Assembly: GCA_951406725.2 (NCBI GenBank)
Contig: OX597817.1
Coordinates: forward strand, 43,896,001-43,960,000
DNA length: 64,000 nt
Direction: 5' to 3'
DNA from: Octopus vulgaris
Lineage: Eukaryota
Both the position numbers and the translations under genes were made by a program. Shown here one piece after another: positions 12,650 to 28,600 of this stretch. The notes below the pieces were generated by a model. That model did no database searches. It was given only the letters and a program-made list of their open reading frames with translations, and was not told the origin of the DNA. Within the stretch, counting starts at the first letter, position 1. Every line of letters starts with the position of its first letter.

Positions 12650-14680
12650 ATATGAGTGAGTGAACAAACAAAGAAAAGCAGCACTTGATACATCTGGTTG
12701 GAGTTACATTTAGTTGATAACAGTGTGATTCAGCTCCACATGATTTAAAGTTGTGTGGGCTCATGGAACACATCCAACTCATCAGATGTTTGGAGGCAGA
12801 GTGGTACGTTTGAAAGAAATTCAAGATGGTCTCTAGGTATTTAGGTCTCTATTAGTCAGCTCAGGTCACATGGTATTAATGCTATCAAAGTGGTCCCAGC
12901 TATTTTCTTCATTTTTAGGGCCATGTGTTTGGACAGGATGTTGGCAAGATGCTGGCACCATTAACTCTCCCAGAACAAGATAGGAATTATAGTAAGCATA
13001 TTCTTGATGACATCAATATTAGAAGAACTACAGGACTGATCCAAAAGGATTGCAGCATGCATAATTTACTAGTTTCATAGCACTGAGAATAAGGCAGCCT
13101 CCAAGTTCATCAAGTCCAACAGTGTGGATTCATACCCTTCTATATTGTAATCCTTCCTTGTGATGCCCCCAGACTTTGGTAGGCAATTCATGAAAATCAA
13201 CAATCAACATGAATATTAGAAAGTCAACCTTGTTTCATGATGATCCCTACAGAGTAAAAAGTAAGGTAACCCATTTTTGATGTTTTTTTTATGGGGAGCT
13301 AACAGGGTTGAGGTCACTAACCTTGTTGAGTTATGTATTCTGAATACTCTAAGGAAATGCACATGCCCTCATAGTCTGGTCCTGTATAGAAATGATGGTT
13401 TGACAATCTCAAACCATATGAATGGCTACATCATGGACAAGTTCAGTAAGGATCTGATAAAAAACGTCAAAGAATTCACTCTGACTATAACAATTATCAC
13501 CAATTTGACAAAGTTCTCTTCCTAGATGTAACTGTTGACCTGAGAACAGGCAAGTACTATCCTTACAGTTAGCTCAATAAGCAAACTGTTTATAATCATT
13601 GACACTCCAATCTCCACCCATCTGTATAATTTGAAATCTAGTCACAAACATCAGTAGAAGAATCTGTAACCTCCCAGCAGACAGAGAAATTTGCAACAGG
13701 GACATGCCACATTATAATGAGGCATTAGTGAGGAGTAGCTTTACCAATAAATAAATATATATGGCATAGCAAGGAGCTTTCTGATACTAATTAAAAAGCA
13801 TTTCTTGTGAACCCATAGATATAAACTCTTCAATCCTTACATTGACAGGGTCAGCTACACCAGTTTAGACAACATCATTTCAAGCATCACACACTAAAAT
13901 AGTTGCCAACACAATCCTAAACAGTCTCCAAGCCACACCCTAACATGTAACTGTCAAAATCCTTCTAACTGCCTGCTAGGAGAATCCTGCCTCTCAGAAT
14001 CTGTAGTCTAGAGTCAAACTCACAACATCCAATGGCATCAAAAGACACTAAATGCTCATCACTGCCAATATCTTTAAGGGAAGATATACACAACACGAGC
14101 TTTCTTTTCGATGCAAGGATAAGGAAAGCTCCACTTTCCTATCCTGTTTCATCTGGAAACTCTGTGACCATCTAAATGACTTCCCAAACTTCAACTAGAG
14201 TTTTTTGACAGGATCCCTTCTTATTTACCTGGAGTTCACAATTGCTAACTACACCATACTCATCCAAATGACAGTATCCATAAACAGGAAGAATGAACTC
14301 TGTTATTGTTGCCACCAGAGATATGTACTGCTAATGAACTTCAAGCCTCTGACCACTAACAACTCAGATATATCACCCAAGACTTAGCTGATCTACATAC
14401 AAGGGAAGGTATTCAATCTCTGCTGCACATACAGATACAACTCACTCATATCAATCATGCGACTTCAATTGTAATCCAATACCAACAAATTTGGTTACTC
14501 CCATGTAAAGGCTGCTGCTAATGTGTTCATACACCCCTGAATGATAACTGGATGACTCAGACCAACATCTTACCCAACCATGAGTGGTACCCACTCTGCC
14601 TCTGAACATCTGATAAAATGGACATGTCCTATGCATCCACAAAACTTTAAGTCATGTGGAACTGCGTCAAAATATTATTA
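12650..14680 (+). mobile_element. degenerate Penelope-like retroelement (Neptune-type RT + GIY-YIG) with inverted terminal repeats
   Basis: Broken frames give EVTNLVELCIL, LYRNDGL (YRDDG-like), FLDVTVDLRTGKYYPY and CNCQNPSNCLLGESCLSESVV. The terminal repeat near 14590-14660 (+) is mirrored at 12735-12805 (-), and both copies carry hammerhead remnants. Confidence 0.75.
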
Positions 14681-14713
<33 letters not shown>

Positions 14714-15559
14714 TAAATGCAATAATTGGTATAGTTGATCAGCTAGTTGGAAAACAATATAGCATTTTCTGATGCTGGGACTCTATACATTAAGCAAAGT
14801 AAAAATTTATTGGTAATATTGATTTGACTAGGACCTCATGTTCTACATTGGTTTCAATAAGCCATTTAAAGTGAGAGCCAAAGACCTGTTCAAGTTAAAA
14901 TTACCAATAAATAGCCATTTATGATTATATAATAATTGTGTAGTGTGCTATACAGGCTACAGCATGTAACTAATTTTTAGAATTGAAAGTGTTACTTTAT
15001 CATTTGAAAGATGGGTCTCTGAAAAGAAACTGAATTATTTTATGAAATTTCTTTTTGTTATACATCGTTACATACAAACCAAAGATCAAAGAAAAAAACA
15101 AGAGTGGAAACATGTTATATGTTTATTGGATATATCCTTACAAATGTTTCATAAATGAATAAATCTGTTATGCAAGAAATACCTTACTATCCAATTAGAC
15201 CATCAAATCATCATTGTTGACTATCTGACTGCAATGAATATTTCATTTATTGCAAAAATTCTGAAGATTTGATGATATCAGCAGATAGCAAGGTAATATT
15301 TGCATTTGGATATATTATTTAATGTAACATGTATATGAAAGTATTCAATAAACATATGAATATATAACCATTCTAGTTTTTCATATTTATTTTTGTTTAT
15401 GTATATCTTACACACACACATGCATATATCTCCACTTGATTTCATATGGTTTAAAATTTATATAAAATATACATATATACACAAACAGACGCACACACAC
15501 ATATCTAAATCTATCTATCTATATATATATATATATATGTATGTATATATATGTATATA

Positions 15560-15613
<54 letters not shown>

Positions 15614-15987
15614 TAAATATATATGGATATGTACATATACGTAGACACCTATATGTATCATATATATCACATATATATATATATATATATGAACCTAAAA
15701 CACACATATAAATAATATGCAATTATATAATAATTATCAATAATCATAAAAACAATTCATGTAAATACAATATGGATAAGAATATAAATGTGAATAATTG
15801 TATAAAAATATGATTAAATATACACACATATACAATGAGTGCACACAGCCACACACACATAGAAAAACGTGTATATATATATATGTCTATATATATGAGT
15901 GCATAAATAAATCATTACCAAGGTGAATATAGCTATACAAACAAACATACATACACATATACACATACATGGAGACATATACATGTA

Positions 15988-16047
<60 letters not shown>

Positions 16048-16050
<3 letters not shown>

Positions 16051-16290
16051 TGTTTTAGCCTTCAAATGACACAATCCCGCTGGCTAAGTGAGCAGGCCAA
16101 CAGAAGAAAGAGTGAGAGAAAGTTGTGGCGAAAGAGTACAGCAGGGACCGTCACCACTCCCTGCCGGAGCCTCGTGGAGCTTTAGGTGTTTTCACTCAAT
16201 AAACACTCACATCGCCCGGTCTGGGAAACGTAACCGCGATCCTATGACCACGAGTCTGCTGCCCTAACCACTGGGCCATTGCACCTCCAC
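16048..16290 (-). mobile_element. tRNA-derived SINE, family B, 5' part
   Basis: The minus strand begins gtggaggtgcaatggcccagtggttagggcagc (tRNA-like head). It shares ttgttttagccttcaaatga...gagcaggccaa with the fragment at 9735-9848. Confidence 0.75.
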
Positions 16291-16293
16291 ATA

Positions 16294-16325
<32 letters not shown>

Positions 16326-16348
16326 CATACATATATATATATACATAC

Positions 16349-16401
<53 letters not shown>

Positions 16402-16444
16402 CATATATTTCATGTACGTATATATATACACATATATTTCATGA

Positions 16445-17142
16445 TATAGCTTGTAGGATGAGTTCCTGGATCTTAAGAACTTTCCGGTCCAGAGAACAAG
16501 GTGTCATCATACCACTTTTCTCCTCCTTTGTACAGCCACACCTCGAATACTGCTGCCCACTGTGGTCTCCCCATACAAGACAAAACATCTCGAGGATTGA
16601 ATCACCCCAGAGGGCACTCACTAAACGAATTGAAGGCATGGCTGCTCTCGATTATTGGGATCGTCTTAAAGCCTTGAAACTCTACTCTCTCCAGCGTCGC
16701 CGTGAGTGGTACATCATTTGTACGATGTGGAGAATATACCGCCTACTTTGCCCAAACGACCTGAACATTAGCTTCAAGGTTCATCCAAAACTGGGACCAC
16801 GGGCCATACGTCCCCTGCCCAATTCAAGATCACAGCATACATGTACACTGCAACATAATTTCTTTTCCTCAACAGGCCCTGCCCTATTTAACATTGTCCC
16901 GAAAGAGATCAAAGAGGAAAAGGATCCTATCAACTTTAAATGGAGTCTGGATAGATTCCTTCAAGGAATACCAGATGAGCCACCCATAATTGGATACAAC
17001 TCACCCTACAAAAACTCACTACTTGAATGGACCATAAACAAAACTTGACTTAAACAGGATTCAGATAATCCTATCAGGTAGTGCTATTAAGTTAGACATG
17101 GCCTGAACCAATCTTTGGTCGAAACATATCTAAGTTTATCTA

Positions 17143-17147
<5 letters not shown>
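16445..17147 (+). mobile_element. 5'-truncated CR1/L2-group LINE, second family
   Basis: [33 protein letters not shown] and FKWSLDRFL, followed by a (TATCTAAGTT)2 tail. Confidence 0.88.
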
Positions 17148-17187
<40 letters not shown>

Positions 17188-17284
17188 GTATGTAAGATTC
17201 AGATGAATTAGTTTCTTAAGTTGAAGCACCAAGTCAGTCCAGTGTTATCCGTACATCCTGGAATAAGTTAAATAAAATAAAAAT

Positions 17285-17656
17285 AAGCAAGAGTATATGA
17301 AGTAGTAACGCAGTTTAACCATTTCAAACAGCTCCATTTAATTGAACAATGCAATCGTTACATTAATTTAAATGTAGTGCTATCTTCAGCTGCACAAAAT
17401 ATTGAATATTCCCTGCCTCAAATTCTAATCCTGTCTCTTTATATTTAGGTTATATATATTTCTTATTATTTTCCATAAATTTTTATTGCTTTGTTTTATT
17501 TTGATATCCTTTCTTACTAACCTCTTATCCCTTATAAGTTGTCTTTTTTCTTGTTCTTAAATTCATATTTTTCAGTTACTTAGGTCTATGCAAGATCCTT
17601 ATACTATATTCATATTAGTTGTAGATATTTGTGTATATGTATGTATGCATGAGTTT

Positions 17657-17704
<48 letters not shown>

Positions 17705-18650
17705 ATGTGTTTGTTTGTGCATGTATATACATAAAAAACCCTCTTTGTATATGTATCTGTATGCATTATTTTACATTTTACACATACTTATATCAGCACA
17801 TAATTTTGGATTATTTATATTTTTTATTCTCTAGATTTTATAATTTTTATTTAAATATATCTATGTATTACCATTATCTCAATATCCTGCTTCTGATTCA
17901 TGGCTTAAAATTCATAGATAGTATGCATATCTTTCCAGATAATCCATATGTAAATGCTTTGAGCAGTCTTATAGAAATCACCTTATTAATTAATCAATTA
18001 ATCAAGTACAAAAATTATTTTTAAACTGAATCTACATAAACTTTAATGTTTATAATTGATACATACACACCTTTCAGCTATTTTATTTAGGATGTCATTT
18101 TGGAATTCTTAGTTATTTTTATATAACATAACAATATTGTTTATAAACATTCCCCCATTGTGCCCCTAATAAATTTTCCTTGTATTAGCATTTTAAGTCT
18201 CTTAATGCCTTACCCCTTTAACTGGTAATTAACATCATTATTTATGACCATAACTAGCCATGAGCTGTCAACTCACTATTGTTCTTTATTCAAAATAAAC
18301 ACAGTCTTCTAGTCTCAGATTTAATAGAAGATAAAGAGATAAATAAATTAGAAATGAATTACAACCCTTACAACCCTACGACTCCACTATGCTCCTTGCA
18401 ATTCTAAGAAATTATAGTCTATACTTAGCCACTTTGCTACAATAGTGACAGCATGAATTTCTTCCATCTCCTTACTCTGTTCTAATATTTAAGAAAAATT
18501 ATATTAATGTGTTCTATTTGTTAAAAAATTCTATATTTTGTGCAGCTGAAGACAGGACTGCATTTAAATGGATGTAATGATTGCATTGTTCAATTAAATG
18601 AAGCTGCTTGAATTGGTCGTACTGCATTACTACTTAATATCCTGTTGCTT
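17285..18650. repeat. inverted pair of ~115-bp Penelope-like termini (17285-17401 minus, 18535-18650 plus)
   Basis: ttttgtgcagctgaaga...ttgcattgttcaattaaatg.agctg is present in both orientations. A related single copy lies at 2663-2745. Confidence 0.75.
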
Positions 18651-18732
18651 CTTTTGATTTTATATATGTATATATATATATATTCGTATGTATATATATA
18701 TATATATATATGTTCATATATATATATATATG

Positions 18733-18889
<157 letters not shown>

Positions 18890-18893
18890 TATA

Positions 18894-19048
<155 letters not shown>

Positions 19049-19049
19049 T

Positions 19050-19727
<678 letters not shown>

Positions 19728-19896
19728 TATATATACTAAGTAATTAAGGGTTTAGCAACGAATTGCCTCACCAACACACCGAATTTAGAAATAGCAGTCA
19801 AAGAGATATAGCTATTCCTTCTACATGCCGAAATCTACTTGGTGTAATTGATAATTATTCCAAATTAATTAATTTCACCCTTTATTATTACTGATA

Positions 19897-20276
<380 letters not shown>

Positions 20277-20659
20277 TAGATAGATAAAACTTACTTGGAA
20301 GAGGATGCGTGGCATTCAATCATATAATGATATAAATAATATAATAATATAATAATAATATGATATAAATATATATATATATATATATTTACATATACAT
20401 ACACACATTTACATGAGTATATACAAGTGTGTACATATGTGTGTGTGTGTATATATATATATATATACATACACATTTATGCATATGTGTATGCATATAT
20501 ATATATATATGTGAGAGGTATTGGTGTCCAGAAGATCCAAGGTGGTAGGTAACGCCATGTAAGTACTATGGAAGGACCATAGTTAAACTCTCAATTCAAT
20601 AATGATATGAGTGAGGAGTCTAATGCGGGTCTTGTTTGAGCATGTATACGTTAAATAAA

Positions 20660-20860
20660 ATGAGACCACAATGCCAAGGGTGTGTGGAATTTTCAGGACA
20701 TTAATAAAGAGAAAGTTAGTCTTACAACTGTTTCTGTTCAACCATTTCACATTGTCTCTAATGAAGAGATATCCCTAATATCCCAGGAACACCTGTAAGA
20801 CTAACTTTGTCTTTATAAATGTCCTGAAAATTCCACACAGCCTTGGATTTGTTGTCTCAT
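20660..20860. repeat. imperfect ~75-bp inverted repeat (20660-20736 / 20784-20860) containing a degenerate hammerhead
   Basis: tgtgtggaattttcaggacatt...gttagtcttaca pairs with tgtaagactaac...aatgtcctgaaaattccacaca. Confidence 0.8.
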
Positions 20861-20862
20861 AT

Positions 20863-20916
<54 letters not shown>

Positions 20917-20917
20917 A

Positions 20918-21165
20918 ACATGGCATGTAAAAAGCACCAACTGATCGTGGCTGCTTCCAGACTCCCCTGGCACCTGTACCGGTAGCACGTAAAAAGCACC
21001 CACTACACTCACGGAGTGGTTGATGTTAGGCAGGGCATCCAACTGTAGAAACACTGCCAGATCAGACTGGAGCCTGGTGCAGCCTCCTGGCTTCCCAGAC
21101 CCCGGTCGAACCATCCAGCCCTAGCTAGCATGGAAAACGGATGTTAAACGATGATGATGATGATG
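20918..21165 (+). mobile_element. SINE/LINE-derived 3' fragment with (GAT)n tail
   Basis: gttaggcagggcatccaactgtagaaac...gcatggaaaacggatgttaaacgatgatg. Related copies occur at 62310-62480 (+), 10593-10750 (-) and 23955-24050 (+). Confidence 0.7.
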
Positions 21166-21315
21166 TACAAACATATATATATATATATCATATCATATAT
21201 ATATATATATTTATTCACTTCATTTAACATCAGTGTTGGTGGGGGGTACCTATTTGCAACAGTATTTTTATGGCTGGATGTTTTTCCTGTTGCTCACACA
21301 GACAGACAGACACAC

Positions 21316-21351
<36 letters not shown>

Positions 21352-21464
21352 ACACCTACATAAATGTACAAATATATTTACATATGTAAGTATATAGATA
21401 TTTTAAGCACTTTGCTAGAAACATGCTAACAAATTGCACTCAGAATTCACATAACCAGTGAATA

Positions 21465-22220
21465 TTACAATATTGAAGCCAGTGTCAGTGCAGAACCTGG
21501 GAACCTACATGAGTGGTAGTGCATCATTCTGCCTGCATATTTTTAAGATGGCAACAATGTGCAGGAACTTGTTTATTGGATTCTATGATCATTCAGAACA
21601 AGGAAAAATGAAACCATGTTTCTTCTATGGAGAACATTCATTCTCAGTCACCTAGATTACTACTGCCAGTTATGGTCACCACAAAGTGCATTTTAACTGC
21701 AGAACATGCAGCAATTCAATGACATTACATCAAGAATATTGTCTTGGTGTAGCAGATGAGATTCTGGGAGAGTCTAAAAGAGCTGAGACTCTAATTTCTT
21801 GAGAGAAGATGCAAAAGATATGCAGTGATATACATATATGAGATTCTAGACTGTGTAGCACCCAACTCTGGGATTGAAAGCTATTCCAATCACTTGATTA
21901 GATGCCACAACATAGTACCAAAAACTCTACCCTTGCTATCCAGAGCAAGGATCCATTATTGTAACAGCTTAGTGTTCAAAGGCCATCAAAAAGCCTCAAA
22001 GATCTATGGTGAGTGGATGTGTTCAGAGAACAATTAGACAAAATTTTATTTGATATATCAGGTTAGTCCACATCATGGCAAAGAATGCAAAGGGCAGCTC
22101 TGTCCAACACATTACTTTGTGAGGGTTAATTCTGGTGGCAGAAAAAGTAAGTAAGCATTACTGCTAATGCTGGCGCTTCAACATGGCCGCAACCTCTGGT
22201 TGAACATGAATAATTGAATA
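21465..22220 (+). mobile_element. degenerate CR1/L2-group LINE 3' fragment related to 5765-6552
   Basis: ctcagtcacctagattactactgccagttatggtcacc and tatgcagtgatata resemble the 5.9-6.1 kb copy. It has multiple stops and frameshifts and a similar 3' tail. Confidence 0.75.
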
Positions 22221-22439
22221 GGGTGTGTGTGTGTGCATGACAGGTAGTTAAGAAGACCATTTCCCAACTATGTGTTTTTTAGTTTCACTGAGTAGCATCA
22301 TAGGTAAGTGTCTTCTACTATAGCTCCAGACTGACTAAAGCCCTATAAGTGGATTTAGTTGATGAAACTGAAAGAAGCCTGACACACATATGCATACATA
22401 TGTGCATGTATAACACACACACACACGAATATATATGTA

Positions 22440-22905
22440 TATAACATTCAAAGCCATTCTTAACATTCTTTTTGTTTTTCAAGCTTTTTGGGAGGGTCCA
22501 AGTTTCAAAACTGTATAACAAAACTGACTCTGCTGTGGAGACAAACAACCTAATTTTTAATTTTTGTGCCATGTTAGAATTCCAGACTTTATACAGTTTG
22601 TGACATGCACTTCAAGCAAGTGACTTCTGTACAGCAAAGTCCTTTTCACTATTTTCCATCCAAGCAGCTTTATCAAAATCTACCCAAAATGACTGAGAAA
22701 ATTCAGGAGAGAAGAATGAGAATAGCTGGTCATTGCATCAGGCACCCAGAAGGACCTGTGTGTCAACTGGTATTTTGGCAGTCAGGTGAAGGAAGAATCT
22801 ACAAGGGAAGAAAACATCTAATCTATGTGGACAACTTGCTTCAGGTCAGTGGAATGGTAAATGTCAACAAATTAAAAACATGCAGGGGGGGGAGGGGCAT
22901 GTTCA
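22440..22905. mobile_element. RTE/RTE-X-like LINE 3' fragment with 5' inversion
   Basis: KLKIRLFVSTAESVLLYSFETWTL is on minus (22440-22620) and QLYQNLPKMTEKIQERRMRIAGHCIRHPE is on plus (22655-22900). Confidence 0.7.
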
Positions 22906-23282
22906 GATGAAATCATTGAAGCATCAAGGATGCTAAACAAATAAACTGATATGTATATATATGTTTGCGTATACAAACATACACGTATATGTGTGTGTGT
23001 GTATTACTCCAGCTTGTTCTTTTCAGAAAGCCACTCCTTGGGACTTCAGCCTGCTCACTTACATTGTATTCATCCTAAATACAATGTCAAAGGAAGAGAG
23101 AAAGAATAGTAGAAGAAGGATTACAGGAAATGCATATTATGGAGGTATACTTCCCAGGCAAATGTTTTGATTTGAGACTGTGTTGAAACATAAAGTGACT
23201 GTGGAATACAATAGCCTTGTTAGTCAATCAGAAATACACAAAACTGTTAACTTCACTTAATCACTTATTGTTAGTAATATAG

Positions 23283-23368
23283 TGTTAAAATTTTTGTAGC
23301 TCAAAATCTTTACCTAGCCACTGACAACATTGCACTGCATCTAAAGTGTAGGCTTATGCTTATATATC

Positions 23369-23425
<57 letters not shown>

Positions 23426-23628
23426 TAAATATATATGTAAATGAGTTGGGATGTTACACATGTTATAATTCATTATTTGGCATGTTCTCAGCATAAGAAA
23501 CTATTAGTAGCACATAAACTCATGTATTGTGTCTATTAAATAATACATATATATAAGCCCATACTTAAATGCAGTGTCATTTTGTCAGTGACTATTATGA
23601 GGTTTTGAGCTATGAAAATTTTGATACC
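23283..23628. repeat. imperfect ~75-bp inverted repeat, MITE-like
   Basis: aaaatttttgtagctcaaaatct...cactgacaa...cactgcat...ggcttat pairs with ataagcc...atgcagtg...ttgtcagtg...aggttttgagctatgaaaatttt. Confidence 0.6.
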
Positions 23629-24194
23629 ATATTACAAAAAATAAATGTTTAAGTGAAATTTTTGTGTATTTCTAAATGTCTAATAATGGTCTTCCATGTT
23701 GCAGGCATTTTAGTATCAACACACAATCTCAGATCAAAACGCTTGAATGGCAAGTACACCACCATAATATATACATGTGTATATATGTTTATTTGTATGT
23801 ATGTATTTATATATATGTGTGTGTGTTTGTATTACTGGTTTGATATTGTATGATAATGGTAAATGAGTTCACCATAACAGAAATGGTATCATTTGTTTCC
23901 AAGCTTACATAAAAACATGTCCAACCATGGGGGAATATTATTTTTTTTTTGGAAACAAGTGGTTGGCAACAGGAAGGGCATCCAGCCATAGAAAATCTGT
24001 CCCCAAAAATTCTAACTCATGCAAACATGGAAAAAAAATGGATGTTAGAATGATGGGAAAACATGATGGATATATTTACACACACACATTGTAAATATAT
24101 ATGTATAAATATGTATTTGTATACTTATATAACTTTACATTAATGTATGTTTGTAATACATATGATTTGCTAAAATATACATATATCTGTTAAA

Positions 24195-24289
<95 letters not shown>

Positions 24290-24942
24290 GTTTATAACTT
24301 TTGTTTATATATATATATATATATATATGTACATACATGGTCCCTTGATCAATATCATTTACTATAGGTCAACTAATGTTTTGTGAGTAGATTTGGTCGA
24401 CAGAAATTGATAAAACTTTTCCCTTTGTGAGTGTGTGTGCATGTGTGTGTGTCGCATGTGCATGTGAGTGTCTCCTTTCCTTGATATTATTCCTGAGTTG
24501 TAAACAAAAATTACCACCTTACTTGTGATGACTTTCTTTGCATTCTTCTTTAATTATATTTGGCTATTGCGCTGTCTGTATTTAAAGGACTAGGAGAAAT
24601 TCTCCCTTTTTGGTAAAAAGGTTAGATGTGGCAACAAAATGGGCATCTCATCATAGAAAATCTACCTCAAAAAATATAGTCTGATCAATGTCATTGTGTA
24701 AAAGTGGATGGTAAAATATGATGATGAGATGATGATGTTGATATAAATATATAAATATAAAATACGTGCATACATACAAATATGCATATAATGTATATAT
24801 GAAATTTCACTATAGTTACATATATATTCATATGTAAATATCCATATACGTATATGTACTTATACACACACATGCACACACACACACACACACACATACA
24901 CACACACATACACACACACACACACACATATATGTATGTATG

Positions 24943-24982
<40 letters not shown>

Positions 24983-25592
24983 TCAATAAAATAGGCACAG
25001 ATATATGTATGAGTGTATAAATATGTGTGTGTATTTATATATATATACATATATATATAAGTGTATGTATATGAGTGTATATATATATTTACATACATAC
25101 ATATCTATATATTCATAATAATATGTTAGTATATACAATTATTTCATCAACAGACAGCAGTAGTGACATCTGAACACACCAGACAATTGTTGATGCTTGA
25201 TTAAATGGATTTAATATCACCAGCCATAAAGTTAAACGTTTAAATGTTATAAGCACCATTTCATTTTTAGTTTATTGTAGTTCAATCTCATGAATCTTTT
25301 GGTATGATGAAATAATCTTGTTTACCAACATACAATCATAATGGACTCAACATATTTGTGACATAGATGTGTATTGATCATTTTGTGTTTTTTAATTAAC
25401 AAACAAAAACAATATTATATATGCATGTTTCTACACAGAGGCATATATGTATTTATGTGTATGTATACATATATATCTATATTTATGTATATTCATACGT
25501 GCACACACACTCACACACACTCATATAAACACATGCACACACATATCTGTATAGTTATATTTCTGTATCTATTTGCATGTATATATATATAC

Positions 25593-25623
<31 letters not shown>

Positions 25624-28600
25624 TATATATATACACATGTATATGTCTATGAGTATCCCAGGTTTTTGGCATGAACATACATACGCACACACACAAAGTG
25701 AAGCACATATACAAATATATTTATTTCAAATCATATTTGTTAAAACATTTATAACAATATTCTTTATATAGACATATCAAATATGAAATATTTGCTGGTA
25801 GATCATAAATCCTATATAAATAAAAGAGTAACATTTATTTTTTTAAATATCTTTCACTGGAATTCATTAAAATTATCACATTTGTCAAGTCTCTATTTAT
25901 TTTCACAAAATTTATCCTGGTTTTGATTATAATAAAAAAAAATTATCTCCTTTTCTAATTATCATTAATATTATTTTATAGCTTTGAAAATAGAAATTAA
26001 AAGTGCGTTGGTGTTTTCATGTTACTCTCTCAGAGTTGTACTAAAATGCTCAGTAATTTAATTTATTCAGAATTCTCACTTCGTAGAAAATAAAAATCCT
26101 TTTACTTTAAGATTAAAATTCAAGTAGTCTCGTTAAATTATTAAATTTACAGTAGTATTATGTAAATTTCTTAGAAGAATGGAAAATAGTCTTTAAATAT
26201 ATATTTTTTGTTTTCTTTTTGAAAATTTTCACTTATGAATATATTTATATTTCTTGAATTTTAATTTGGCTTTAGATCTAAAACTATTCCTAATATACAA
26301 TACAATTTTAATTTATATTGACTATTTAATGACTGAATACATTATTGCGATATGTGGGTGAAGAATCTTTTTAAAATGAGAAAAAGTCAAAAAAACAAAG
26401 CCAGGACAGGTGAAAATAATAGGAAGTAACTCTTTCAGAAACTGCAGAGGAATATGATAGAGTTAAATTAATTGAACTTCATAACAATACAGATACATTT
26501 AAGTTGAAGGAAGACAGATTGAGAGAAGTGAAATAATAGCAGCAGAAATTGCTATTAAAGATTCTTAGCACATGAAATTTTGCGAAGTAACAGAATATGA
26601 GTGAAAAGTGTTATCTTGAATGAGATGGTATGAAAGAAACAAGATATACCATACAAAGACAGCAAGAAAATAAGACATTCAGCAGATAATAGTTTTGAAT
26701 TGTTAAAGGAGACTTAATAAGAAACAGATTGTCAATCTTGCATTTAGAATGGCCAAAAATAGCCCAACATTTAAAAAAATATAGCACTGTAATGTTATTT
26801 TCATAAGCATTATGGCTATAATTGCTAAAATATCTATAGAAGTGCTATATTGGTGAATATATAATTCAATATATTTAGAGAGTCATTTGTGAAGAATTAG
26901 AAGTGCACACATAGAAAAACCATGTTTGTTTCTAAAGGAATATATCTTTCAAATATGAAGTTATGTGATCTAAATAATTTCCTTTTTGCTAACTACAATA
27001 TATAACTTTCCCCATATTTCCTTTCTACAAAAGAATTTAGGTAATTTATTTCTAAAGGAAATTTTTCTGTGAACCAAATTGTATTACAATGAAGATAGAT
27101 ATTAATATCAGCTGAAGTAAATAATGAAGTAAAAGCTAGAATGAGAAAAAGAAAAAGTATTCAGTAGTGAGAATGATATTTCACTCAATTTTTACTTTCT
27201 GTCATTTGTGTGAACTATGTGTTAACTTCAAACCTGAAAATACATTTTGACAGACTATCAAATGCCAGTCCATTAATTTTGGTTTTAAAATCACAGGAAT
27301 AAGAAAAACATTGTTTACTTTCACTTTTTATATATAACATCAGGGGAACAATAATTTCAGTGTTTATAGGTTTCCAACAGGCCAACCACAGAACTGATAT
27401 CACAAGGGATTTCAGAAAAAAAACCCCAAAAAACTAATGTCTATCTTGTTTACCAGCTGATGTTTAAATCCCTTGTTAGCATACATTAGTAAAGACCTCC
27501 ACATGCCTACATATCTATACATAGTTTTCATCATTCAAAAGATTTGCTAATATGAGGCTTTGATAGAAGATACTTGCTCAAGGACTATAGCTGTTTGTTG
27601 GAAAAACAACAGGATCCCCCAGAAAACAGATCTCAGGAAAATAAATAGTGTTACATTAGGAAATCTGTGTTAGTTTGAATTTCTTATTGGGACAAAATTT
27701 ATAAGCACTTATCTAATAGAACAGGCTTAAAAACAACAACATAAACCACAAAAGAATCATATTTTGCAGATCAATGAAATTATTATTTACTGGAGTGAAT
27801 AATTTATCATTCACTTTTAAGCATAAGGCTAACAGTCGATGACAGTATATTACAGGTGATTATTTTACTGACCCTGATGGAATGGAAAGTAAAAGTACTT
27901 TGATGGGATTTGAACCAAAAACATAGATGGTTGAAACTAAACATCTAAGGGTTAATATCTCTTCTAACAGACACCTTATAAAGAATTTTTTAAAAAAGAA
28001 TATTCAAATTATTCAAGTATATCCTATTACATGTATTGCTTTCTATTTCTTTCTAAATTATTAGACAATTAATGTTATCTTTTGTATCTCGACTTAATGT
28101 TTTGATGAGTATAGTCTTTAATTATCTTCAGATATCACATACATATTTTGTGCCAGAATTGAACTTTCATTTGTAACTCAGGATCTCAGGTGTCTTATAC
28201 ACTATATCACTATTTGAAAACCTATGTAACAAAGAAGGGTTTATAAATTTAATCTTAATTAAAAGGTATGCACACATATAGTTCTTGAATACACAGAATA
28301 GACCAATTTATATAAATTGTTGAGTGATTCAAAATACCCAACAGCAATCAACATGAATTAGTCATATGACATTACATAAAAACTGCTTAATTTGCATCAA
28401 AATTAGAATTTTAACTTACTGAGTGTCACTAAGGTATGCTAAGCATAAATGTGAGTATTAACAAACTCAGATAAATATCTTTATCTGGACTATTAGAAGA
28501 AAAGAAGTCCAATATGTATAAGAGTTTAATCATGGATTTAAAGCAATATAGATACTTGGAATTTATGATAATAATTCTCTTGTTTACTGCATAGTAATTA

